41,236 nucleotides of DNA from Rhodospirillaceae bacterium. GTDB lineage: Bacteria > Pseudomonadota > Alphaproteobacteria > Rhodospirillales > UBA2165. Shown piece after piece: positions 16,156-24,143 of the stretch. The stretch lies in contig JABIIH010000286.1 of the NCBI GenBank assembly GCA_018649245.1, positions 1-41,236 on the forward strand, in the 5' to 3' direction. Below the pieces are notes generated by a model. It saw only the letters and a program-made list of their open reading frames with translations. It was not told the origin of the DNA and made no database searches. Made by a program: the position numbers and the translations under genes. Position 1 is the stretch's first letter; every line of letters begins with the position of its first letter.

Positions 16156-16860
16156 GTGGTTATGCGCGATAGTGATCGACACTATTTTAATCAGCATCCG
16201 TTGTTCAATCAAATCGATGACGAGTCATTGGATCGGATCATTGCTGGCAGCTCTGCTACTGATTATGCCAAAGGTCAGACTATCTTTCATCGTGGTAACC
16301 CGGCAGATGTTTTTTATTTTGTGCTCGAAGGCTGGGTTAAAGTCTATCGCAGTACAGCTGAAGGCGATGAGGCAATTGTCCATATATTTAGCGCAGGTGA
16401 AACCATTGCTGAAGCCGTTGCCTTTGCTGGTAAAAATTATCCGGTCAGTGCGCAAGCGGTGGAGCATTCTCGGGTCGTGCCCATCTTGACCAAACGGCTG
16501 GTTGCTGAATTGTCGCGGTCACCAGAACTCGCCTTGTCTATTATGGGTTCTTTGTCACTTCAGCTACACAGCATGGTAACCGAGATCGAACAATTGAAAA
16601 CCCGCACTGCTACCCAACGAGTCTGCGATTTCTTCATCCGGCGCTGCACTGTTGATGAGGGATCAGTCGTTATTTCCCTGCCTTATGACAAAGTGATTAT
16701 TGCGTCACGTCTTGGCATGAAACCGGAAAGTCTGTCTCGCATTCTAAATCGGCTGCGGAAAATCGGTGTGAGAACCGAAAATGGCCGGGTTGCGATTGCC
16801 GATGTCGAGGCTCTCATCCGGTTTAGCGATGGCGAGTCAGCGATATCTCTAACCGGCTAA
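16156..16860 (+). CDS. Crp/Fnr family transcriptional regulator (Cys-less, Dnr/NnrR-like)
   Basis: 234 aa (GTG 16156, alternative ATG 16162; GGAG at 16146-16149). cNMP-binding-like beta-roll (GQTIFHRGNPADVFYFVLEGWVKVYR). HTH with E--SR recognition motif (MKPESLSRILNRLRK). No N-terminal Cys cluster of true FNR. Confidence 0.85.
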   Translation: MVMRDSDRHYFNQHPLFNQIDDESLDRIIAGSSATDYAKGQTIFHRGNPADVFYFVLEGWVKVYRSTAEGDEAIVHIFSAGETIAEAVAFAGKNYPVSAQAVEHSRVVPILTKRLVAELSRSPELALSIMGSLSLQLHSMVTEIEQLKTRTATQRVCDFFIRRCTVDEGSVVISLPYDKVIIASRLGMKPESLSRILNRLRKIGVRTENGRVAIADVEALIRFSDGESAISLTG

Positions 16861-16993
16861 TTCACCCAGCTACTTTTCCCCTATATTATTTTAAGTAAGC
16901 TTGATTGATGCCAATTTGGGCAGCACAATCAGCACGAATTGTAGACGAAGAGTCTGCGACTAAAAAAATAATGATTCTTCAGGAGTTTCAGGG

Positions 16994-17383
16994 ATGGGAA
17001 AAGGTAAACCACATTTAGAATTTGCGCCTTTGGATATGGACGAAGGCTGGGAAGTGCCGGAAGGTTATCCCGAAGGTATGGAGCAAAAAGTACTGACATC
17101 CGATTTGGATGAAGCAGGCAAAACCGGTAGCCGATCGCGTTTTCTGCGCATAAAGCCTGGCGTTTATTCGACCGAACCATTTGTTCACGAACATTGGGAA
17201 GAAGTCTATCTCTGTGAAGGCGACATGATTGTCGGCAATGACGAAAACGGCGAAGGCGGTGAGAAATTTCAAGCGCCAACTTATGCCTGCCGTCCACCGG
17301 GAGTATTTCATGGGCCATTTAAGTCTGAAGGCGGCTGCGTCATGTTTGAGCTGCATTACTTCTATAAAGCCGATGCCGAGTAG
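16994..17383 (+). CDS. Cupin domain protein
   Basis: 129 aa. Cupin-like motifs FVHEHWEEVYLCEG and RPPGVFHGPF. AGGAG SD about 9 nt upstream. Preferred over the antisense 142-aa ORF. Confidence 0.75.
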   Translation: MGKGKPHLEFAPLDMDEGWEVPEGYPEGMEQKVLTSDLDEAGKTGSRSRFLRIKPGVYSTEPFVHEHWEEVYLCEGDMIVGNDENGEGGEKFQAPTYACRPPGVFHGPFKSEGGCVMFELHYFYKADAE

Positions 17384-17442
17384 ATAAAAAGTTACAAAAA
17401 TAAAGTCTCCCGGGACGCAATAATATAATAGGGAATATAACA

Positions 17443-18903
17443 ATGCTGAAAACAGGTAAGGAACATCTTGAGGGCCTGAGAGATGGCCGCACGGTTTTTA
17501 TTGGTAAAGAAAAAGTCGATGACGTCACCACCCATCCAGCCTTTAAAAATGCGGCGCAGACAGTAGCTGATTTATACGATATTAAACACGATCCCGAACA
17601 CCGTGATACCATGTCATTTGAAGAAGATGGCGAGCGTTATTCAATGTGGTTTCTGCGCGCTAAAAGTCAGGATGATCTTCGTCAGCGCACGCAGGCTCAC
17701 AAAAAAATTGCTGATCTGTCTTGTGGTTTGTTTGGTCGCTCACCCGATCACGTATCGAGCTTCGTCACCGGCATGTCGACCAACCCATCGGCGTTCGATT
17801 CGGAAGAAAACAAGTTTGGCGACAATCTGATGAACTACTACGAACATATGCGTAAAAACGATATTTTTGCGACTTATGCCGTGTTGCCGCCGCAAGCTGC
17901 TCGCAATCCTGAATTTTATGAATCGCAAAATCTTCCAGTACCTACTTTACGCGTTGTCCGGGAAGACGATGATGGCGTCGTTATGTCGGGGATGAAAATG
18001 CTGGCGACCAGCGCCGTCTTTTGCGATGAAATTTGGGTCGGTAATCTGCTGCCCTTGGCGCCTAATCAATTGAAGGAATCGATCACCTGTGCGATTCCTT
18101 GCAATGCCGAAGGCTTGTCGCTCTGGATGCGCCAACCAATTTCGTTGAACGCGGCCAATGAATTCGATAGTCCATTAACCTGGAAATACGACGAGACCGA
18201 CGTGTTGGTTTTATGTGACGAAGTTAAAGTGCCGTGGGAGAAAATCTTTGTCATGGATGACACCGTTCGATCACGCGGGGTCTATACAGAAACGCCAGGG
18301 CATTGTTACGGCAATCATCAATCGAATGTCCGGTTTTGGTCTAAAATGCAGTTGATCCTTGGTCTTTGTTCAAAAGTAGCCCAGGCCAGCGGTGCGAATG
18401 AAATTCCTGTCGTGCGTGAGACTATCGGCCGCATGGCAGCGCTCGAGGCGACTCTCGCGGGTATGATTCACGGCCAGATTGAAGCGGCCGAAGAATGGCC
18501 GGCGGGCTACAAAACCTACAATCGCCGGATGATGTATGCGGCGCTCAATTGGTGCACCGAAAGCCATTCGCAGATCGTTGATGTTTTACGCGAGCTGTGC
18601 GGTGGTGGCGTGTTTCAAATGCCGGCTAGCGTCGATATTATGCATGATGCCGAACTTAAGGCAGATTTTGAAAAATATTTCCAAACGCCACAATTGGCTG
18701 CCCTTGACCGCATGAAATTGTTCCGGTTGGCCTGGGATTTTGTTGGTTCTGAATTTGCCGGTCGGCAACAGCAATATGAAAAGTTTTATGCCGGGGCGTC
18801 CTTTATCGTGCGCAGCCACTCGCACCGCGAAGCTGATTGGGACTTTTTTGATGGTATTGTTGACAATATCATGGCGGATTATGACGTGCCGGAACCGGTT
18901 TAA
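17443..18903 (+). CDS. HpaB-family (group D) flavin-dependent monooxygenase, oxygenase component
   Basis: 486 aa. The N-terminus EHLEGLRDGRTVFIGKEKVDDVTTHPAFKNAAQTVADLYD closely parallels E. coli HpaB as I recall it. The C-terminal LAWDFVGSEFAGRQQQYE block also matches. Confidence 0.85.
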   Translation: MLKTGKEHLEGLRDGRTVFIGKEKVDDVTTHPAFKNAAQTVADLYDIKHDPEHRDTMSFEEDGERYSMWFLRAKSQDDLRQRTQAHKKIADLSCGLFGRSPDHVSSFVTGMSTNPSAFDSEENKFGDNLMNYYEHMRKNDIFATYAVLPPQAARNPEFYESQNLPVPTLRVVREDDDGVVMSGMKMLATSAVFCDEIWVGNLLPLAPNQLKESITCAIPCNAEGLSLWMRQPISLNAANEFDSPLTWKYDETDVLVLCDEVKVPWEKIFVMDDTVRSRGVYTETPGHCYGNHQSNVRFWSKMQLILGLCSKVAQASGANEIPVVRETIGRMAALEATLAGMIHGQIEAAEEWPAGYKTYNRRMMYAALNWCTESHSQIVDVLRELCGGGVFQMPASVDIMHDAELKADFEKYFQTPQLAALDRMKLFRLAWDFVGSEFAGRQQQYEKFYAGASFIVRSHSHREADWDFFDGIVDNIMADYDVPEPV

Positions 18904-19002
18904 GCAGCTTTATAACAATCAATAAAATTGTGGTTTTAAATGCCTTTTCATTCTGCCTCCACCTTTGTATCGTATTTCCGCTCAGGGAAGGTATAGATCA
19001 GT

Positions 19003-21141
19003 ATGGAAAGATCGTTTCACAGGGAAATAGAGCAGCTTCGCCAAGGCGATAACGGTAAATTTCAAGGCGAAGGTATTCTGGCTGTTACCAAAGCAATCCT
19101 ACAGTCCGGCGTCGGCTATGTCGGCGGCTATCAAGGTGCGCCGGTCTCTCACCTGCTAGATGTGCTGGTTCAAGCCAAAGATTTGATGGCTGAGCTTGGT
19201 GTTCATGTCGAAGCGAACTCCAATGAAGCGTCGGCGGCTGCCATGCTGGGCGCTTCAATCAATTATCCGATCCGCGGTGCCGTTACTTGGAAATCAATTG
19301 TCGGCACCAATGTTGCCTCTGATGCGCTGTCTAATCTGGCGAGCCCTGGCGTCAAAGGCGGCGCGATGATTATCTCAGGCGAGGATACCGGCGAAGGGGC
19401 CAGTGTTATTCAAGAACGCACCCACGCCTTTGCCATGAAATCGTCTTTGTGGCTGCTCGATCCGCGACCAAACTTGCAAAGCATGGTCGATATGGTGGAA
19501 CACGGCTTTCAATTGTCTGAGGCCAGCAACACTCCGGTGATCCTAGGACTCCGTATCCGGGCCTGTCATGTGCAAGGTGATTTCACCACCAAGAACAACC
19601 AAAAATCTCCGATCAATACCATCGACAAAGCTGATCATCCGGCGGCGTTTGAATATGATCGTTTGGCCCATCCGCCAGCGACCTATGCTCAGGAAAAGAA
19701 AAAAGTTGAGGAACGATTGCCGGCGGCGCGGAAATTTATTGTCGACCGTCAGCTCAATGAGTTTTTTGATGGCCGTTACAATAATCTCGGCATCATTCTT
19801 CAAGGCGGGCTCTACAATACGCTGGTTAATCGCCTGAACGTCTTAGGCTTGGGCGATCAGTTCGGCAATTCAGACATTCCCCTGATGGTGCTAAACGTGA
19901 CTCATCCTTTAGTGCCGGATCAAATCACCGAATTCTGTGCCGGTAAGGATGCGGTCATGGTGCTGGAAGAGGGTAATCCTGAATTCATTGAGCACCAGAT
20001 TCACACTATGCTCAGGAAAGCCGATATCCAAACACGCGTTTTCGGTAAAGATATTTTTCCGACCGGCGGCGAGTACAATGCCGAGGCAATTACTAAGGGT
20101 TTGGTCGATTTCCTGGGCGAAGTTGAACCACTGGCAATTGATCAGGAAGCCTTGCGGGATAAAGCCGCTCAACTCTTTAACGATAAAGCAGCTGGCCAGG
20201 AGGTAATGGATATTGCCTTGCCGCCGCGCCCGCCGGGATTTTGCACCGGCTGTCCGGAACGCCCTGTCTTCACAGCGATCAAGATGCTCAAAGAGGAAAT
20301 TGGCGATATTCATATTGCTGCTGATATTGGCTGTCATGCCTTTGCAACCTATGCGCCGTTTAGTATGGGCAACTCGATCTTGGGTTATGGCATGGGGCTA
20401 GCCAGTGCTTCGGCTGTTGGGCCGATGCTCAAAAAGCGCACCATCAGCATTATGGGCGATGGTGGCTTCTGGCATAACGGCTTGCAAACAGGCGTGTTGT
20501 CAAATTTGTTCAATGAAGGCGATGGCCTCTTGATCATCATGCAAAACGGCTACGCTTCGGCAACCGGTCAGCAATATATTCCATCCTCGACGGTGGGTTC
20601 CGATACCACGCCGATGACCAGCGAAATTGAGCAAACTCTCAAGGCACTTGGTGTTAAATGGCTCCGGACCGTACGTACTTACGGGGTGAGCCGGATGCTG
20701 GATACTTTACGGGAAGCCATGACGACCGAACAAAAAGGTCTCAAAGTTATTATTGCTGATAGTGAGTGCATGCTCGCCCGCCAGCGCCGCATTAAAGGTG
20801 AAAATGCCGAAAAACTCAAACGTGGCGCTGAGGTGATCGTGCCGCGCTTTGGCGTTGATGAAGAAATTTGCACTGGTGATCATTCCTGTATTCGCCTGTC
20901 GGGTTGTCCATCTTTGAGCCTTGCCGATAATTCAGATCCGCTTCGGGATGAGCCGGTCACCCAAGTGATCGATAGCTGCGTCGGCTGTGGTCTCTGTGGT
21001 GAGGTGGCTCATGCGGCACAACTCTGTCCGTCCTTTTACCGGGCCGAGCGCATTCAGAACGCCGGCGCATTTACCAAAATGATGGCGGGGTTCAGAAACG
21101 GTGTCATTGGCTGGCTTGCTGGATCGGAGCGGCCCTCATGA
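19003..21141 (+). CDS. iorA: Indolepyruvate/2-oxoacid:ferredoxin oxidoreductase alpha subunit (TPP- and FeS-binding)
   Basis: 712 aa. TPP motif IMGDGGFWHNG...MQNGY. C-terminal Cys clusters CTGDHSCIRLSGCP and CVGCGLCGEVAHAAQLCP. Confidence 0.85.
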   Translation: MERSFHREIEQLRQGDNGKFQGEGILAVTKAILQSGVGYVGGYQGAPVSHLLDVLVQAKDLMAELGVHVEANSNEASAAAMLGASINYPIRGAVTWKSIVGTNVASDALSNLASPGVKGGAMIISGEDTGEGASVIQERTHAFAMKSSLWLLDPRPNLQSMVDMVEHGFQLSEASNTPVILGLRIRACHVQGDFTTKNNQKSPINTIDKADHPAAFEYDRLAHPPATYAQEKKKVEERLPAARKFIVDRQLNEFFDGRYNNLGIILQGGLYNTLVNRLNVLGLGDQFGNSDIPLMVLNVTHPLVPDQITEFCAGKDAVMVLEEGNPEFIEHQIHTMLRKADIQTRVFGKDIFPTGGEYNAEAITKGLVDFLGEVEPLAIDQEALRDKAAQLFNDKAAGQEVMDIALPPRPPGFCTGCPERPVFTAIKMLKEEIGDIHIAADIGCHAFATYAPFSMGNSILGYGMGLASASAVGPMLKKRTISIMGDGGFWHNGLQTGVLSNLFNEGDGLLIIMQNGYASATGQQYIPSSTVGSDTTPMTSEIEQTLKALGVKWLRTVRTYGVSRMLDTLREAMTTEQKGLKVIIADSECMLARQRRIKGENAEKLKRGAEVIVPRFGVDEEICTGDHSCIRLSGCPSLSLADNSDPLRDEPVTQVIDSCVGCGLCGEVAHAAQLCPSFYRAERIQNAGAFTKMMAGFRNGVIGWLAGSERPS

Positions 21142-22625
21142 GTGAAGCGAAGACAGTTAAAATTCTGATTTGCGCCATGGGCGGTGAAGGTGGCGGCGTG
21201 TTGATGAATTGGATCGTCAATGCGGCGTGGCGCAAAAGCTATCCGGTACAGGCAACTTCGGTGCCGGGTGTTGCCCAACGCACCGGGGCGACAACCTACT
21301 ATATTGAACTGCTGCCTGAAGCCGTGCCACCCGGAGCTGTTAAACCCGTCTTTGCCTTAATTCCCACAGCTGGTGAAGTTGATGTTTTGGTTGCGACCGA
21401 GGCCGCCGAGGCCGCGCGGGCTGCCGGTAATGGGTTCATTTCGCCTAACCGTACCCATCTTATTGCCTCAACGTCCCGGGTTTATCTGATGCCGGAGAAA
21501 ATGGCCATGACCGATGGCCGGGTTGATGACGATGAGCTGGCCGATGTCATGGCTAAAAGTGCCCATAAATCGGTACTGTTTGATGCCAATGAGGCTGCCA
21601 AGGAAGCTGGCGCCATCGTCAATGCGATTATGTTGGGTGCTGTTGCCGCGACGGGTGTTATTGGCATTGAACTAGATGACTTTATCGACGCGATCACAGA
21701 TGAAGGTAAAGCTGTTGAGTCTAATATTGCCGGTCTTAGAAGTGGCTTTGAGATTGCCAGCGGTCAAAAGAAAACTGAAGACCAGCCGGACAATGTCGTA
21801 GCCTTATCCGAAGCCGGTACTCAATCTAAATTTCCTGACAGTGTTCAGCCCGTGTTAGATCATGCAACTAAGCGGCTGGCTGATTATCAAAATGAGGCTT
21901 ATGTGGCGAGCTATCTAAACCGCCTCGAAAATTTCAAAGACCGTGATTCAGACTTACTGGAAGTCGTTGCCAAACAATTGGCGCTTCGGATGTCTTATGA
22001 AGATATCATCCGCGTCGCCCAGGCTAAAATTCGCGCCGAACGATTTGAGCGTATCAGAAATGAAACCGGAGCAAATGCAGATGATATCGTGATTGTCACC
22101 GAATTCTTTAAACCTGGCGTCGCTGAAATTAGTGATCTCCTGCCGAGCGGTCTGGCCAAAAGTCTCATCGCTTGGGGTGAGAAAAATAATAAGATGGATA
22201 ATTTTGGCTTTGGCATGGAGGTGAAGACCTCGACCATAACCGGATTTTTGAAATTATGGTCTCTGGCCAAGCTTAAATGGTGGCGGCCAAAATCCAATCG
22301 CTGGCAAGTTGAACAAGCCAATATCGAGGATTGGCTGGAATTAGTGGAGTCGGCGTCTGTTCTCAATGTAAATTTCGCTGTTGAAGTAGCAGAGCTTGCC
22401 CGCCTGATCAAAGGCTATGGCAGCACCTACCGCCGGGGGATGCGCAATTATTCCCGTATCGTTGAAGAATATGTCCGGCCACTGGTGGCGGCAGGTGCCG
22501 TATCAGGCGAGGCAACGGAACAGGTAAGACGGGCCCGCGATGCTGCAACCTCCGATCCGGATGGCGCAGATTTAAATAAAATATTGTCAGATATTCAAGT
22601 TCCAGGAACGATCGCCGCAGAGTAG
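21138..22625 (+). CDS. iorB: Indolepyruvate oxidoreductase beta subunit with extended C-terminal domain
   Basis: 495 aa. 4-nt ATGA overlap with iorA. N-terminal ILICAMGGEGGGVLMNW (gamma/beta-subunit GGxGG loop). The long C-terminal extension is typical of proteobacterial IorB-like proteins. Confidence 0.8.
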   Translation: MSEAKTVKILICAMGGEGGGVLMNWIVNAAWRKSYPVQATSVPGVAQRTGATTYYIELLPEAVPPGAVKPVFALIPTAGEVDVLVATEAAEAARAAGNGFISPNRTHLIASTSRVYLMPEKMAMTDGRVDDDELADVMAKSAHKSVLFDANEAAKEAGAIVNAIMLGAVAATGVIGIELDDFIDAITDEGKAVESNIAGLRSGFEIASGQKKTEDQPDNVVALSEAGTQSKFPDSVQPVLDHATKRLADYQNEAYVASYLNRLENFKDRDSDLLEVVAKQLALRMSYEDIIRVAQAKIRAERFERIRNETGANADDIVIVTEFFKPGVAEISDLLPSGLAKSLIAWGEKNNKMDNFGFGMEVKTSTITGFLKLWSLAKLKWWRPKSNRWQVEQANIEDWLELVESASVLNVNFAVEVAELARLIKGYGSTYRRGMRNYSRIVEEYVRPLVAAGAVSGEATEQVRRARDAATSDPDGADLNKILSDIQVPGTIAAE

Positions 22626-22653
22626 CCTCACAATATTCTCACTGCGAAGTGAT

Positions 22654-24129
22654 TTGGCTTCCGGTACTCAACTCTTTATCCACGGCTTTATGTTTGAAAA
22701 TTCCCTCTCTTGGCTGGCAATGCTGGCCTATGGCGTGATTGTCTGGCAGTTCGCCCCCAAGCGGGTGTCGATCAAAGGCTTCTTTACCGGCTCAGATGAT
22801 GGCGAAGGCATCAAAGGAAGTGCGCCCGGATTATGGCTCCTCGTGGCCAGTGCGGCGATCTCTTGGATTTTTGCCAAGTCCATCGCCAACGCAGCCAGTC
22901 TCGCCCAAGCTTTTGGTCTCTCCGGATCAATCGGTTACGCTTTTTATTATCTGAGTTTTCTGGTTGCCGGTGTGGTGATTTATATCATCCGGACCAAGGG
23001 CGGTGATCAATCATTGCCGGCTTTTTTGATCCGCAAATATGGCACGCTCTGCGCTAAGCTTTTTGTCGCTGCGATTGCGATCCGTCTGTTCAACGAAGTG
23101 TGGTCCAATACAAAAGTCGTCGGCCTTTATTTTGGCGATGAAGGCAGTGCTGGCTATTGGGCATCCGTAGCGGCTGTAACCGGCTTCACGGTATTTTATT
23201 CTTGGCGCGCCGGCTTGCGTGGCAGTCTGTTGACCGATGGTGGGCAGATGATCCTGGCCTCGGTATTACTCGCTGGAATTCTCCTATTTATCATGCCGGA
23301 ATTTGCCGCCCGTGGTCTCCCTCAATTCCCTGAAGCCGCGAGCATGGCCGGCTGGACTTTTGCCGGGCTCGCCTTGGTGCAAGCCTTTAGCTATCCGTTC
23401 CATGACCCGGTGTTGACCGACCGCGGCTTTATTACCTCACCCAAAACCATGCTCAAGGGATTTATCCTGGCGGGCCTGATCGGCGGTGGCTTTATCTTTC
23501 TGTTTGGCTTCGTTGGTATTTATGGCGCACTCGAAGGCTTGGGCGGCAATCCATCCCTGGCGGTGCCGGCAAGCTTCGGCATCACGATGCTGCTAATCGT
23601 CAATGCGATTATGATGACCAGTGCCGGCTCGACACTCGATTCGACTTTTGCCAGTACCGCCAAGCTGACGGCACGCGATTGGTCGGGTGCAAAAGACGCG
23701 CCGACCGAGCGCCAACTCACCACCGGACGAAAAGCCGTTATCATTATTGCAGTGCTGGGCAATTTGCCGTTGTTTAGTTTGTATCTCGGCGCCGAAGTCG
23801 GCCCGGCGGTGATTGCGGCAACGACGATCAGCGGCACCATGGTCATGGGTCTGGCGCCCATCTTTATCCTTGCTTTTCTACCCGGAGCCGGGCGCTGGAG
23901 CTTTCATCTCGCCTTTTGGCCCGGCATTTTTTTTGGTGTCATCATGACCCTGGAAGGGGCCATGGGTTTGCAAATTGTGCCAGCCTGGATCGATATCGGT
24001 GTTGGTAAATATGCTGATGATCTTGGTGTCAATCTCTGGGGTGTCGGCCTTTGCACCGTTGGATTCCTCGCCGGTTGTGCAATCGAGCTCATAATTCCTA
24101 AAAAAAGTTTGGTCGCGACCCCCGCTTAA
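22654..24129 (+). CDS. Sodium:solute symporter (SSS) family-like transporter
   Basis: 491 aa, about 12-13 TM helices. SWRAGLRGSLLTDGGQM-type segment. The start is uncertain (TTG 22654 or ATG 22690), with no convincing SD for either. Confidence 0.7.
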   Translation: MASGTQLFIHGFMFENSLSWLAMLAYGVIVWQFAPKRVSIKGFFTGSDDGEGIKGSAPGLWLLVASAAISWIFAKSIANAASLAQAFGLSGSIGYAFYYLSFLVAGVVIYIIRTKGGDQSLPAFLIRKYGTLCAKLFVAAIAIRLFNEVWSNTKVVGLYFGDEGSAGYWASVAAVTGFTVFYSWRAGLRGSLLTDGGQMILASVLLAGILLFIMPEFAARGLPQFPEAASMAGWTFAGLALVQAFSYPFHDPVLTDRGFITSPKTMLKGFILAGLIGGGFIFLFGFVGIYGALEGLGGNPSLAVPASFGITMLLIVNAIMMTSAGSTLDSTFASTAKLTARDWSGAKDAPTERQLTTGRKAVIIIAVLGNLPLFSLYLGAEVGPAVIAATTISGTMVMGLAPIFILAFLPGAGRWSFHLAFWPGIFFGVIMTLEGAMGLQIVPAWIDIGVGKYADDLGVNLWGVGLCTVGFLAGCAIELIIPKKSLVATPA

Positions 24130-24143
24130 GCTAAAACCGCTAC

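Noticed and set aside
16901-16914. Second FNR-like site TTGATTGATGCCAA upstream of the cupin gene
   Set aside because: Only the left half-site matches (the right half GCCAA vs ATCAA is 3/5). This is too weak to call without a scoring matrix.
17015-17443. 142-aa antisense ORF overlapping the cupin gene
   Set aside because: The plus-strand ORF has cupin motifs and an AGGAG SD and fits the same-strand operon. The antisense product has no recognisable features.
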